Shown piece after piece: positions 43,049 to 50,413 of a stretch of DNA of 64,000 nt. A model generated the notes under the pieces. It was not told the origin of the DNA. It made no database searches and was given only the letters and a program-made list of their open reading frames with translations. This DNA is from an uncultured Staphylococcaceae bacterium (lineage in GTDB: Bacteria; Bacillota_I; Bacilli_A; RFN20; CAG-826). A program made the translations under genes and the position numbers. The DNA lies in the NCBI GenBank assembly GCA_964392865.1, contig CAYMRJ010000001.1, forward strand, positions 7,037 to 71,036, written 5' to 3'. Position 1 is the stretch's first letter. The number at the start of each line of letters is the position of its first letter.

Positions 43049-43963
43049 ATGGTTATTGTTAAGTCGATAGGCGCCTTCTTCGTAAGAATCTGGCGTTGGA
43101 TCAAGGAGACCGCTTGGGTCCAGCCCTTGCTTATCGTCGGGGCGGTATTCGCCATCATCTTCTCGATCCCTTCGTTGACCTCCTTGGTCGATTCCTGGGC
43201 CGGCTCGGGCGACGGCACCTTCTACGAGCGCTACTCCCGTAGCTTAGAGGGCGAAGTCCTCTTCTCCGACGGCGATACCTACATGACGGCGGCCGATACC
43301 ATCACCGCCGATTTGGCCGCGGCCATCGACGACCTCGGCGACGAAAGCGCCATCCAGAACATCCGCGATACCTACGGCGAGAAGTTCTTCTTCTCCTACG
43401 TCGGAAGCGACTGCGATGCCTGCCTCGATGACGAAGGCGGCTTCGAGCGCCTCGAGGAGTACTGGAACGAGTACTACATCCCCAGCGACGGACGCGATTT
43501 CAACTTCTACACCATCGATAGCGACCAGACCTCGACCAACGACGACGATTACGAGAACCGCGATTGGGATACCGCCTTCAGGCGCTACCTCCTCAACTAC
43601 GGCGACGATTTCTTCCAGCCGCTCGCCGATCTCCTCTACAACACCACCTATTACTGGAGCAACCTCGACCTCGACGAAGACGACTTCCAGATCTTCGGCG
43701 ATGCCGCCATCAGCGGCGAGGATACCTTCACCGTTCCCGTCACCATCCTCTTCGACTTCTCGGAAGAAGCCGTCGAAGCCGGCCGCGTCTGCGAGGCCGT
43801 CCTTACCTCCCTTACCGGCAGCAACGACAGCACCAAGTCCTACTTCCTCATGAACATGTGGAACCACCTCGATAGCGACCGCAGCAACCCCTTCAGCAGC
43901 GACTACTGGAGCGAGGCCACGTCGAGCAGCGATACCACCGACGACGATACCGACGAAGAATAG
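43049..43963 (+). CDS. Membrane-anchored, highly acidic extracytoplasmic protein with a CxxC motif
   Basis: Start moved to ATG 43049 (GGAG 8 nt upstream). One N-terminal TM segment. FFFSYVGSDCDAC resembles a thioredoxin-fold strand plus CxxC (unverified). Asp/Tyr-rich tail. Confidence 0.65.
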   Translation: MVIVKSIGAFFVRIWRWIKETAWVQPLLIVGAVFAIIFSIPSLTSLVDSWAGSGDGTFYERYSRSLEGEVLFSDGDTYMTAADTITADLAAAIDDLGDESAIQNIRDTYGEKFFFSYVGSDCDACLDDEGGFERLEEYWNEYYIPSDGRDFNFYTIDSDQTSTNDDDYENRDWDTAFRRYLLNYGDDFFQPLADLLYNTTYYWSNLDLDEDDFQIFGDAAISGEDTFTVPVTILFDFSEEAVEAGRVCEAVLTSLTGSNDSTKSYFLMNMWNHLDSDRSNPFSSDYWSEATSSSDTTDDDTDEE

Positions 43964-43967
43964 GAAA

Positions 43968-44510
43968 ATGCCGGGCCCGTTTGACTGCGAACTGGGATCC
44001 TTCCGCCTAAAAGTAAGCGGAAGGGAACAGAGCGCGCCCTTAAAGCGGGCCTTTTCTTATACCAAAGAAGATAGCTTCACCGTCTACGCCCAAGAGGAAT
44101 GCGTGGTCCTGATCGGCACCGAGGACTTCCTCGGAGGCGGCGCCTTCACGAAAGAAGAAGGCCTATCCGGAAAGCTCTCCCTCGATCTCGCCCGCTTCTT
44201 CCATAGCGAGGCCAAGTGCGATCCAAGCGAGGCCTTTGCGTTCGTCTTCGCGGGCAAGACCTTCCAGAACATCGAGGCCGAGGAAGGGGATTTCACCCTC
44301 CTCGATAAGCTCGGCCACCTGGAGGCCGGCAAGATCAGCCAAGGCGTCAGCTACGTCGATCTTCCCTTATTGGCCTTCCTTGCCCTTAGAAAGCTCGGCC
44401 TCAAGGTCGAGAACATCGAAATGCTCCGCTACGACATCGCCGAATATAAAGATAGGTTCTATATAGAAGGCGATGATTCAGCCAATGCCTTCTCGATAGA
44501 GAGAAAGTAA
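43968..44510 (+). CDS. Hypothetical 180-aa protein
   Basis: ORF track. Starts 4 nt after the upstream stop. No motif recognised. Confidence 0.6.
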   Translation: MPGPFDCELGSFRLKVSGREQSAPLKRAFSYTKEDSFTVYAQEECVVLIGTEDFLGGGAFTKEEGLSGKLSLDLARFFHSEAKCDPSEAFAFVFAGKTFQNIEAEEGDFTLLDKLGHLEAGKISQGVSYVDLPLLAFLALRKLGLKVENIEMLRYDIAEYKDRFYIEGDDSANAFSIERK

Positions 44511-44520
44511 CCCCTTATAT

Positions 44521-44553
44521 GAAACAAGGCCCTCAGTTGAGGGCCTTTATTTA
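44521..44553. terminator. Bidirectional intrinsic terminator
   Basis: AAGGCCCTC-agtt-GAGGGCCTT, flanked by T-runs on both strands. Sits between the convergent genes 43968..44510 and coaD. Confidence 0.65.
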
Positions 44554-44565
44554 TATATGGATAGG

Positions 44566-45036
44566 CTACTTGTTCTTTATGGCTTCGTATACCGCCGGCG
44601 GAACCAAAGAGGAAACGTCGACCCCGGATTTATATAGGGAAATAACGTTGCTAGAAGAAATGAAGGATTCCCGCTTATGGGCCATGAAGAAGACCATGTC
44701 GACGCTATCGTCGATGAACTCGTTGGTCAAAGCCAGGGCATGTTCGTATTCGAAGTCGGTCACGGCCCTTAGTCCCCTGATGATGTGGCGGCTACCGACG
44801 CTTTTGCAGTAATCGACGGTGAGGCCCGGGGTATAGTCGACCCTGACCCCTTTTATGCCCTCGGTCGCCTTCTTCATCATCTCGAGGCGCTCCTCGACCG
44901 AGAAATGTGAGGACTTCTCGGGATTGACGGCCAAAAGAAGGATGACTTCGTCGAAAATCCCGAGGGCTCTTTTTAGAACCTCGAGGTGCCCGTTGGTAAG
45001 GGGGTCGTAGCTTCCTGGATAAACGCCGATGGCCAT
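44566..45036 (-). CDS. coaD: Phosphopantetheine adenylyltransferase
   Basis: YPGSYDPLTNGHLEV signature. Confidence 0.95.
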   Translation of the reverse strand: MAIGVYPGSYDPLTNGHLEVLKRALGIFDEVILLLAVNPEKSSHFSVEERLEMMKKATEGIKGVRVDYTPGLTVDYCKSVGSRHIIRGLRAVTDFEYEHALALTNEFIDDSVDMVFFMAHKRESFISSSNVISLYKSGVDVSSLVPPAVYEAIKNK

Positions 45037-45575
45037 TATTCTTCGTCCTTGATGAGGGCCAGATAGGTCCGCCCGTAATGATAAACCCTAAAGGGCTTCA
45101 AATCTTCCACGAGGGAAGGATCCCCTTCCCCTTCGATGACGATGCGGTAGCCTGGATTTAATAATCCCTTTTCCTTAAGAAAAGAGACGGCGACATGATA
45201 GAGCCAGGCGCTTTTGTAGGGAGGATCGAGGAAGACGATATCGAACTTGGTCCCTTCCTTTTCGAATTGCTCCAAGGCTTCCCTGAAATCGAGATTGAGG
45301 ACATGGCCGCCTTCGATGCCTTTGAGGTTGGCAGCGATTATCTTGGTAGCCTCTTTGGCCTTATCGACGAAATAGGCGGCGTCCGCCCCTTGGCTCAGAG
45401 CCTCGATCCCGACCGCGCCGCTTCCGGCGAATAGGTCGAGGAATATAAGTCCTTTTAGATTATGGCCGAGGATATCGAAAAGGGCTTCCCGGACCCTATT
45501 CTTGGTCGGGACGGTCCCTTCTTCGGGAACATTCAGTTTCTTCCCTTTGTATTTCCCGCCGAAGACCTCAAGCAT
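45036..45575 (-). CDS. rsmD: 16S rRNA (guanine966-N2)-methyltransferase
   Basis: Start moved to ATG 45575 (MLEVFGGKYKGKKL). LDLFAGSGAVGIEA and FLDPPYK motifs. The track start at 45761 adds an Arg-rich extension overlapping the upstream gene. Confidence 0.85.
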   Translation of the reverse strand: MLEVFGGKYKGKKLNVPEEGTVPTKNRVREALFDILGHNLKGLIFLDLFAGSGAVGIEALSQGADAAYFVDKAKEATKIIAANLKGIEGGHVLNLDFREALEQFEKEGTKFDIVFLDPPYKSAWLYHVAVSFLKEKGLLNPGYRIVIEGEGDPSLVEDLKPFRVYHYGRTYLALIKDEE

Positions 45576-45876
45576 CCTTAAGTCCCTTGTAGGCTCCGAA
45601 TAGTATGAGGTCGATTTCCCTAAGTAGATCCTGCTTCTCGCCATAGGCCAAGGCGTATTCCCTGGCTGCCGCATTTTGCAGCAATTCCTTGCGGAGGGCC
45701 TTCGCTTCCGGGGAATCGGGATTCCTATCGAGCGCTTCCTGGAGTTTGGTTCGGAGTTCATTCGCTTCCTTATCCGAAAGCATCTTCCCTTCGGCCTCTT
45801 CCAAGGCGAGGCTTCTAGGGTCTTCCTTGATGGCTTGGGCCAGGGATTCCAACTCTTCCCGCGTCTTTTCCCTCAT
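45568..45876 (-). CDS. Small helical protein, YlbF/YmcA-like (tentative)
   Basis: 102 aa, all-helical composition. Sits upstream of rsmD-coaD, as ylbF does upstream of ylbH-ylbI in Bacillus. Assignment rests on gene context and overall pattern only. Confidence 0.5.
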   Translation of the reverse strand: MREKTREELESLAQAIKEDPRSLALEEAEGKMLSDKEANELRTKLQEALDRNPDSPEAKALRKELLQNAAAREYALAYGEKQDLLREIDLILFGAYKGLKDA

Positions 45877-45911
45877 CGGCGCTTATTTTAGTCGGGCCCA
45901 ATGCCAGGTGC

Positions 45912-45917
45912 TAGAAT
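45912..45917 (+). promoter_or_regulatory. -10 hexamer TAGAAT 7 nt upstream of the def ATG (leaderless-type)
   Basis: gtgcTAGAATagtgccgATGcta. Confidence 0.45.
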
Positions 45918-45924
45918 AGTGCCG

Positions 45925-46488
45925 ATGCTAAAGATCACCAAGGACAACGCCACGAGCCTCAGAGGCAAAAGCAAGCCCATCGACATTCCGATGCCGGAGA
46001 AACTAAGGAATCTCCTTTTGGAAATGCTCGATTACCTAAGGCTTACCCAAGACGATGCCTTCAGGGAAAAGCATCCTTCCGTCCGCGAAGGGGTCGGCTT
46101 GGCCGCTCCCCAGGTCGGAAAGAACGTCCGGATGCTCGTCATTTCCTACGATAAGGAACCCGAAGAGGAAGGCGGAGAACCGATCAAAGTCGAATACGCC
46201 TTGGTCAATCCAGTCATCACGGAAGCCTCTGAAAAGCTTTGCTACCTCAGCGGCGGCGAAGGCTGCCTCTCGGTCGATAAGCCCCACGAAGGAAGGGTCT
46301 ACCGCCATAACAAGGTGACCGTCAAAGCCTACGATCTCCTCCAAGACAAGGACATCGTCATCAAGGCCGAAGGCTACGATGCCATCGTCCTCCAGCACGA
46401 GATCGACCATCTGGAAGGCATTCTCTTCTACGATAGGATCGATAGGGAAAATCCCTTCAAGGACATCCCCGGGAGCATCGCTATCTAA
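45925..46488 (+). CDS. def: Peptide deformylase
   Basis: GVGLAAPQVG, EGCLS and HEIDHLEG motifs. Start chosen at ATG 45925 (the track start 45901 is also possible). Confidence 0.9.
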   Translation: MLKITKDNATSLRGKSKPIDIPMPEKLRNLLLEMLDYLRLTQDDAFREKHPSVREGVGLAAPQVGKNVRMLVISYDKEPEEEGGEPIKVEYALVNPVITEASEKLCYLSGGEGCLSVDKPHEGRVYRHNKVTVKAYDLLQDKDIVIKAEGYDAIVLQHEIDHLEGILFYDRIDRENPFKDIPGSIAI

Positions 46489-46498
46489 TAGATAGATA

Positions 46499-46534
46499 GG
46501 GAAGGCGGATTTCTTATCCATCTTCCCTTTTTTC
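46499..46534 (+). terminator. Intrinsic terminator after def
   Basis: GGGAAG..GGAT-ttctt-ATCC..CTTCCC followed by TTTTTT. Confidence 0.6.
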
Positions 46535-46587
46535 GTGTATGATTGGGCAGACAAAGAACCAAAGAAGTTTGGCAAAACCCGTTTAAC

Positions 46588-48249
46588 ATGCCTATCAATT
46601 CACCAGTCAATATCTTTGCCCTTGGGGGCCTAGGCGAGGTCGGCAAGAACACCTACGCCTTCGAAACCGGCGATTCCATCGTCTTGGTCGACGCCGGCGT
46701 CCGCTTCCCCGAAGCCAACCTCCCGGGCGTCGATTACGTCATTCCCGATTACACATACCTGAAAAGCAATAGGGCACGTCTCAAAGCCCTCATCATCACC
46801 CATGGCCACGAAGACCATATCGGGGGCATCCCCTTCTTGGTCCGCTCGGTCCATGTGCCCGTCATCTACGCCCCGCGCCTCGCGGCGGCTTTGATCCGCC
46901 ATAAGCTCGATGACGCCAGGATCAAAGAACCGGTCAAGATCGTCGAAATCGATAGCAACACCAAGATCAATATCGGCGATGACTTCAAGATCAGTTTCTT
47001 CCGCGTCACCCATAGCATCCCCGACGCTTTCGGGGTCTGCCTCGATACCAAGCAAGGCCGCATCATCGAAACCGGGGACTTCAAGATCGACCTGACCCCG
47101 GTCGGCCCGCGCTTCGAAATCGACAAAATCGCCGCCCTAGGGAGCGAAGGCGTCGATCTTTTGATGGCCGATAGCACCAACGCCGAAATCGAAGGCTATA
47201 CCCCGAGCGAAACGGCGGTCCGTAGCGGCGTCGAGGAAATCTTCGCCAAGGCCCCGGCCAGGGTCATCGTTTCGACCTTCTCTAGCAACATCAACCGCAT
47301 CCAGCAGGTCGTGGAAGTCGCCATCGAGCACGGGCGCAAGATCTGCATCCTCGGCCGCTCGATGGAAAACGTCGTCAGGATCGCCCGCGAATACGGCTAC
47401 ATCAAGATCCCCGATGCCTCGCTTATCGGCGATGACCAGATCAAGAACCTCAAGCCCAACGAGATCTGCATTCTCTGCACCGGGAGCCAAGGCGAATCGA
47501 TGGCGGCCCTTAGCCGCATCAGCCGCGGGGACCATAAGGTCAAGATCGTCCCCGGGGATACCATCGTCTTCTCTAGCAACCCCATTCCCGGAAACGGGGC
47601 CTTGGTCGACCGCTTGGTCAATGACCTCGTCAAGCAAGGCGCCGATGTTAAACAAAACAGCATCGCCTTCTCGCTCCACTCCTCGGGCCACCCTTCGAGG
47701 CAGGAGCTAAGGCTCATGCTTTCATTGGCCAAGCCCAAGAACTTCATGCCGGTCCACGGGGAATACAGGATGCTCCGCCTCCATGGCGATATCGCCAAGG
47801 AATTAGGGCTCAAGGAAGAGAACATCTTCATCTGCAATAACGGCGATATCCTTACCCTTGATAACCACAAGGTCACAAGAGGGGGCCACGTCCCGGCCGA
47901 AGACGTCTATATCGACGGGAACGATCTCGACGGCGTAAGCGCCGGCACCATCCATGACCGCGACATCCTCAAGAACGAAGGGATGGTCGCCATCTTGCTC
48001 ACGCTAAGCAAAAAGAACGAAGTCATCGTGCCGCCCATCATCTATGCCCGCGGCTTCTCCGCTTCGGCCGATACCCATATCGTGAGGCACGCCCAGATGC
48101 ATGCCCAGGAAGCTTTGAATGAGGCCCTTAGGGAAAAGGCCTCGGTGGCCGAAATCAAAGGGGCCGTAAGAAACGCCGTCGGCAAATACATCTTCCGCAA
48201 GACCGAGCGCTCCCCGATGATCGTCCCCGTCGTCATGGGCGGGAAATAA
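46588..48249 (+). CDS. rnj: Ribonuclease J
   Basis: Start at ATG 46588 (MPINSPVNIFALGGLGEVGKN); the track ORF begins at a TTG. Metallo-beta-lactamase motif ITHGHEDHIGG and a beta-CASP region. Confidence 0.9.
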   Translation: MPINSPVNIFALGGLGEVGKNTYAFETGDSIVLVDAGVRFPEANLPGVDYVIPDYTYLKSNRARLKALIITHGHEDHIGGIPFLVRSVHVPVIYAPRLAAALIRHKLDDARIKEPVKIVEIDSNTKINIGDDFKISFFRVTHSIPDAFGVCLDTKQGRIIETGDFKIDLTPVGPRFEIDKIAALGSEGVDLLMADSTNAEIEGYTPSETAVRSGVEEIFAKAPARVIVSTFSSNINRIQQVVEVAIEHGRKICILGRSMENVVRIAREYGYIKIPDASLIGDDQIKNLKPNEICILCTGSQGESMAALSRISRGDHKVKIVPGDTIVFSSNPIPGNGALVDRLVNDLVKQGADVKQNSIAFSLHSSGHPSRQELRLMLSLAKPKNFMPVHGEYRMLRLHGDIAKELGLKEENIFICNNGDILTLDNHKVTRGGHVPAEDVYIDGNDLDGVSAGTIHDRDILKNEGMVAILLTLSKKNEVIVPPIIYARGFSASADTHIVRHAQMHAQEALNEALREKASVAEIKGAVRNAVGKYIFRKTERSPMIVPVVMGGK

Positions 48250-48797
48250 TGCTCATCCTCGCCAGCGCCTCTCCGAGAAGGAGGGAACTCCTTAAGAAGC
48301 TAGTCCCCGATTTTTCAGTCAAGCCCGCCGAAATCGACGAGCGGATCCTAGACGAGGAAGTCGATCCGGCCAATCTCGCCAAGGAAGAATGCCGGACCAA
48401 GGCCTATGCCCTCTTTTCCCAATATCCCGAGGACGAGATCCTGGCTGCCGATACCATCGTCATCCTGGACGGCAAGGTCTACGGGAAGCCGAAGGACGAA
48501 GAAGATGCCGTCAGGATGCTCCTCGAAGAGCAAGGAAAGAAACAGATCGTTCTCACGGCTTATTGCTACCTATCCAAGGACAAAGAAATCAACCGGACAG
48601 TCAGGACCGAAGTAATCTTCAGGCCCATGAGCGAAAAAGAAGTCCGCGAATACGTAAGAAAAGCCCGGCCGCTCGATAAGGCCGGGGCTTATGGGATTCA
48701 GGACGAAGGAACACCCGTCGATGGGATCATCGGATCCTACGACAACGTCATGGGCCTTCCGACCGAGGATCTAGCCCTCCACGTCTTCGGCAAATAA
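48249..48797 (+). CDS. maf: Maf-like nucleoside triphosphate pyrophosphatase
   Basis: LILASASPRRRELL N-terminus. TAATG overlap with the rnj stop. Confidence 0.9.
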   Translation: MLILASASPRRRELLKKLVPDFSVKPAEIDERILDEEVDPANLAKEECRTKAYALFSQYPEDEILAADTIVILDGKVYGKPKDEEDAVRMLLEEQGKKQIVLTAYCYLSKDKEINRTVRTEVIFRPMSEKEVREYVRKARPLDKAGAYGIQDEGTPVDGIIGSYDNVMGLPTEDLALHVFGK

Positions 48798-49175
48798 AGA
48801 ATCTTCGAGAGCCTTCGCTCCCCCGTCTATCACAAGGGTGATCTTCCCTTTCCCGAGAATATAGGAAGGGAAGCCTTTTTCTTTCAGGCCTTCCCCATCA
48901 ACCAAGGAAGAATCCTTGAGGTTGATGGTCAATCTCGAGCCCATGGAAGCATGGGAAACGATGTTTTCCTTGCCTCCCAATAAAGGTATCAAAGCGTCTT
49001 CTTCCCCTTTGGGTTTCGCCGCTTCTTTCTTCTTCGCCGGGGTTTCCTTCAGGCGCCGGACAATGAGCAAAACAAGCGGCAAGATGACGACGATGGCGAT
49101 GAGGACGCCGAGGATGGCGTAGAAGGCCCAATTCGGGATTCCATCTATGATGGTTGAGGCAAGTAGTTTCGGCAT
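48771..49175 (-). CDS. Membrane-anchored PTS EIIB-like domain protein lacking the catalytic Cys
   Basis: One N-terminal TM segment, a Lys-rich linker, then LIPLLGGKENIVSHASMGSRLTINLKD. This aligns with the PTS_EIIB consensus (..GGKENI..hCaTRLRl.vkD), with Met/Ser where the phospho-Cys should be. Confidence 0.6.
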   Translation of the reverse strand: MPKLLASTIIDGIPNWAFYAILGVLIAIVVILPLVLLIVRRLKETPAKKKEAAKPKGEEDALIPLLGGKENIVSHASMGSRLTINLKDSSLVDGEGLKEKGFPSYILGKGKITLVIDGGAKALEDSLFAEDVEG

Positions 49176-49208
49176 GGCGTTGCTATAATACAGGCCGAGG
49201 TCAAGAAG

Positions 49209-49778
49209 ATGTCAAATGCCATCGAAATAGAAGCCAAGGCCCTGCTAGACGAAAAGGGCTATCGGAAAATCGTTTCCAAGTTCCCGGAACATACGCCCTA
49301 CGAGCAGACGAACTACTACATCGATGACGATGCTTCTTTGCTGAAGAAAGAAGGCATTTCGCTACGGATCCGTCATAAGGAAGGGGTCTACACCATGACC
49401 CTCAAGACGCCTCTAAGCCAAGGTCTTCTCGAGAAGAACGAACCCTTGACCCTCGCCCAATTCGAAGACTTCAAGAAAGGCATCTTCCCCGATAACGACC
49501 TCAAGCGCTTCCTCACGATGCTCGATGTCGATGTCGATACCTTGAAGATCGTCACCTCGCTTACCACCAAGCGCATCGACGTTTCCTATAAGGAAGGCCT
49601 TCTCTCCATCGACGAGAACCATTACTCCGAGAAGACCGATTACGAAATCGAGTTCGAATACAATAACGAAAGGGATGCCGAAGCGATCCTAAAGGAACTG
49701 CTCGAGGAAACGAATGTCCCCTATACCCTAAGCAAAAAGACGAAAGTCAGCCGGGCTCTGGAAGCCGTCGGGCGCTAA
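49209..49778 (+). CDS. CYTH-domain protein (YjbK-like triphosphate tunnel enzyme)
   Basis: N-terminal EIEAK (ExExK) motif and a C-terminal EIEFE strand. Confidence 0.8.
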   Translation: MSNAIEIEAKALLDEKGYRKIVSKFPEHTPYEQTNYYIDDDASLLKKEGISLRIRHKEGVYTMTLKTPLSQGLLEKNEPLTLAQFEDFKKGIFPDNDLKRFLTMLDVDVDTLKIVTSLTTKRIDVSYKEGLLSIDENHYSEKTDYEIEFEYNNERDAEAILKELLEETNVPYTLSKKTKVSRALEAVGR

Positions 49779-50227
49779 TCTTCCTTCTTAAGTAAGCCGA
49801 GCTCGTCTCGGCTTTTCAAACAGGTCCCGTAAGAAGGGCAGTTTTCGGGACTGCACATGTTTTCGGCGATCTGGTAGGCCCGGCTTTTGAAGGTCGAGAT
49901 CTCTTCTTCGTTATAGCCGGTCTGGATCCGGTGGTCGTCCATGATGATCGGGCGCTTCAAAACCGAAGGGTTCTTCTTGATGAAGGCGACCAGTTCGCTG
50001 ACCTTCATGTCTTCGACGTCGATCTTCGACTCGCTCATGACCTTCGAGCGGTTCGAGATGATGTCGTCGGTCCCGTTTTCGGACTTCTGGATGAGTTCCA
50101 TGATGTCCTCATCGGAAAGGGTTCCCGAAAAGATGTCCTTGGCCTCGTAGGGGATCTTCTGCTCGTCGAACCACTTCCTGACCTTCCGGCAGGAGGAGCA
50201 CGACTGCGATACGTAGATGGTAATCAC
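49775..50227 (-). CDS. spx: Spx/ArsC-family redox regulator with Cys-rich C-terminal extension
   Basis: ITIYVSQSCSSCRKVRKWF (CxxC) and KRPIIMDDHRIQTGYNEEEI match Spx. I prefer GTG 50227, 6 nt after TATCAT, over the track start TTG 50260. Extra tail ENMCSPENCPSYGTC. Confidence 0.8.
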   Translation of the reverse strand: MITIYVSQSCSSCRKVRKWFDEQKIPYEAKDIFSGTLSDEDIMELIQKSENGTDDIISNRSKVMSESKIDVEDMKVSELVAFIKKNPSVLKRPIIMDDHRIQTGYNEEEISTFKSRAYQIAENMCSPENCPSYGTCLKSRDELGLLKKED

Positions 50228-50340
50228 GCCGCAATGATAGCACGTCCCCCGCTTTATCAATCATTTTTGCTCATGGAAGCGGGTTTTGCGGTGATTAAGA
50301 GAGAAAGCACGGAGAGGCAATTCGAAGGGTCTTTGCAATT

Positions 50341-50368
50341 GAGGATTGGATCTTAAGATCCTATCCTC
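50341..50368 (+). other. 28-nt near-perfect palindrome (13-bp stem) followed by a T-run; orphan terminator-like hairpin or operator
   Basis: GAGGATtGGATCTTAAGATCCtATCCTC followed by TTTTCCCTTT. No plus-strand gene lies upstream of it. Confidence 0.4.
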
Positions 50369-50413
50369 TTTTCCCTTTAAAAGGCCCTGTTTTCGGGCTA
50401 TGATACGGCGCTT

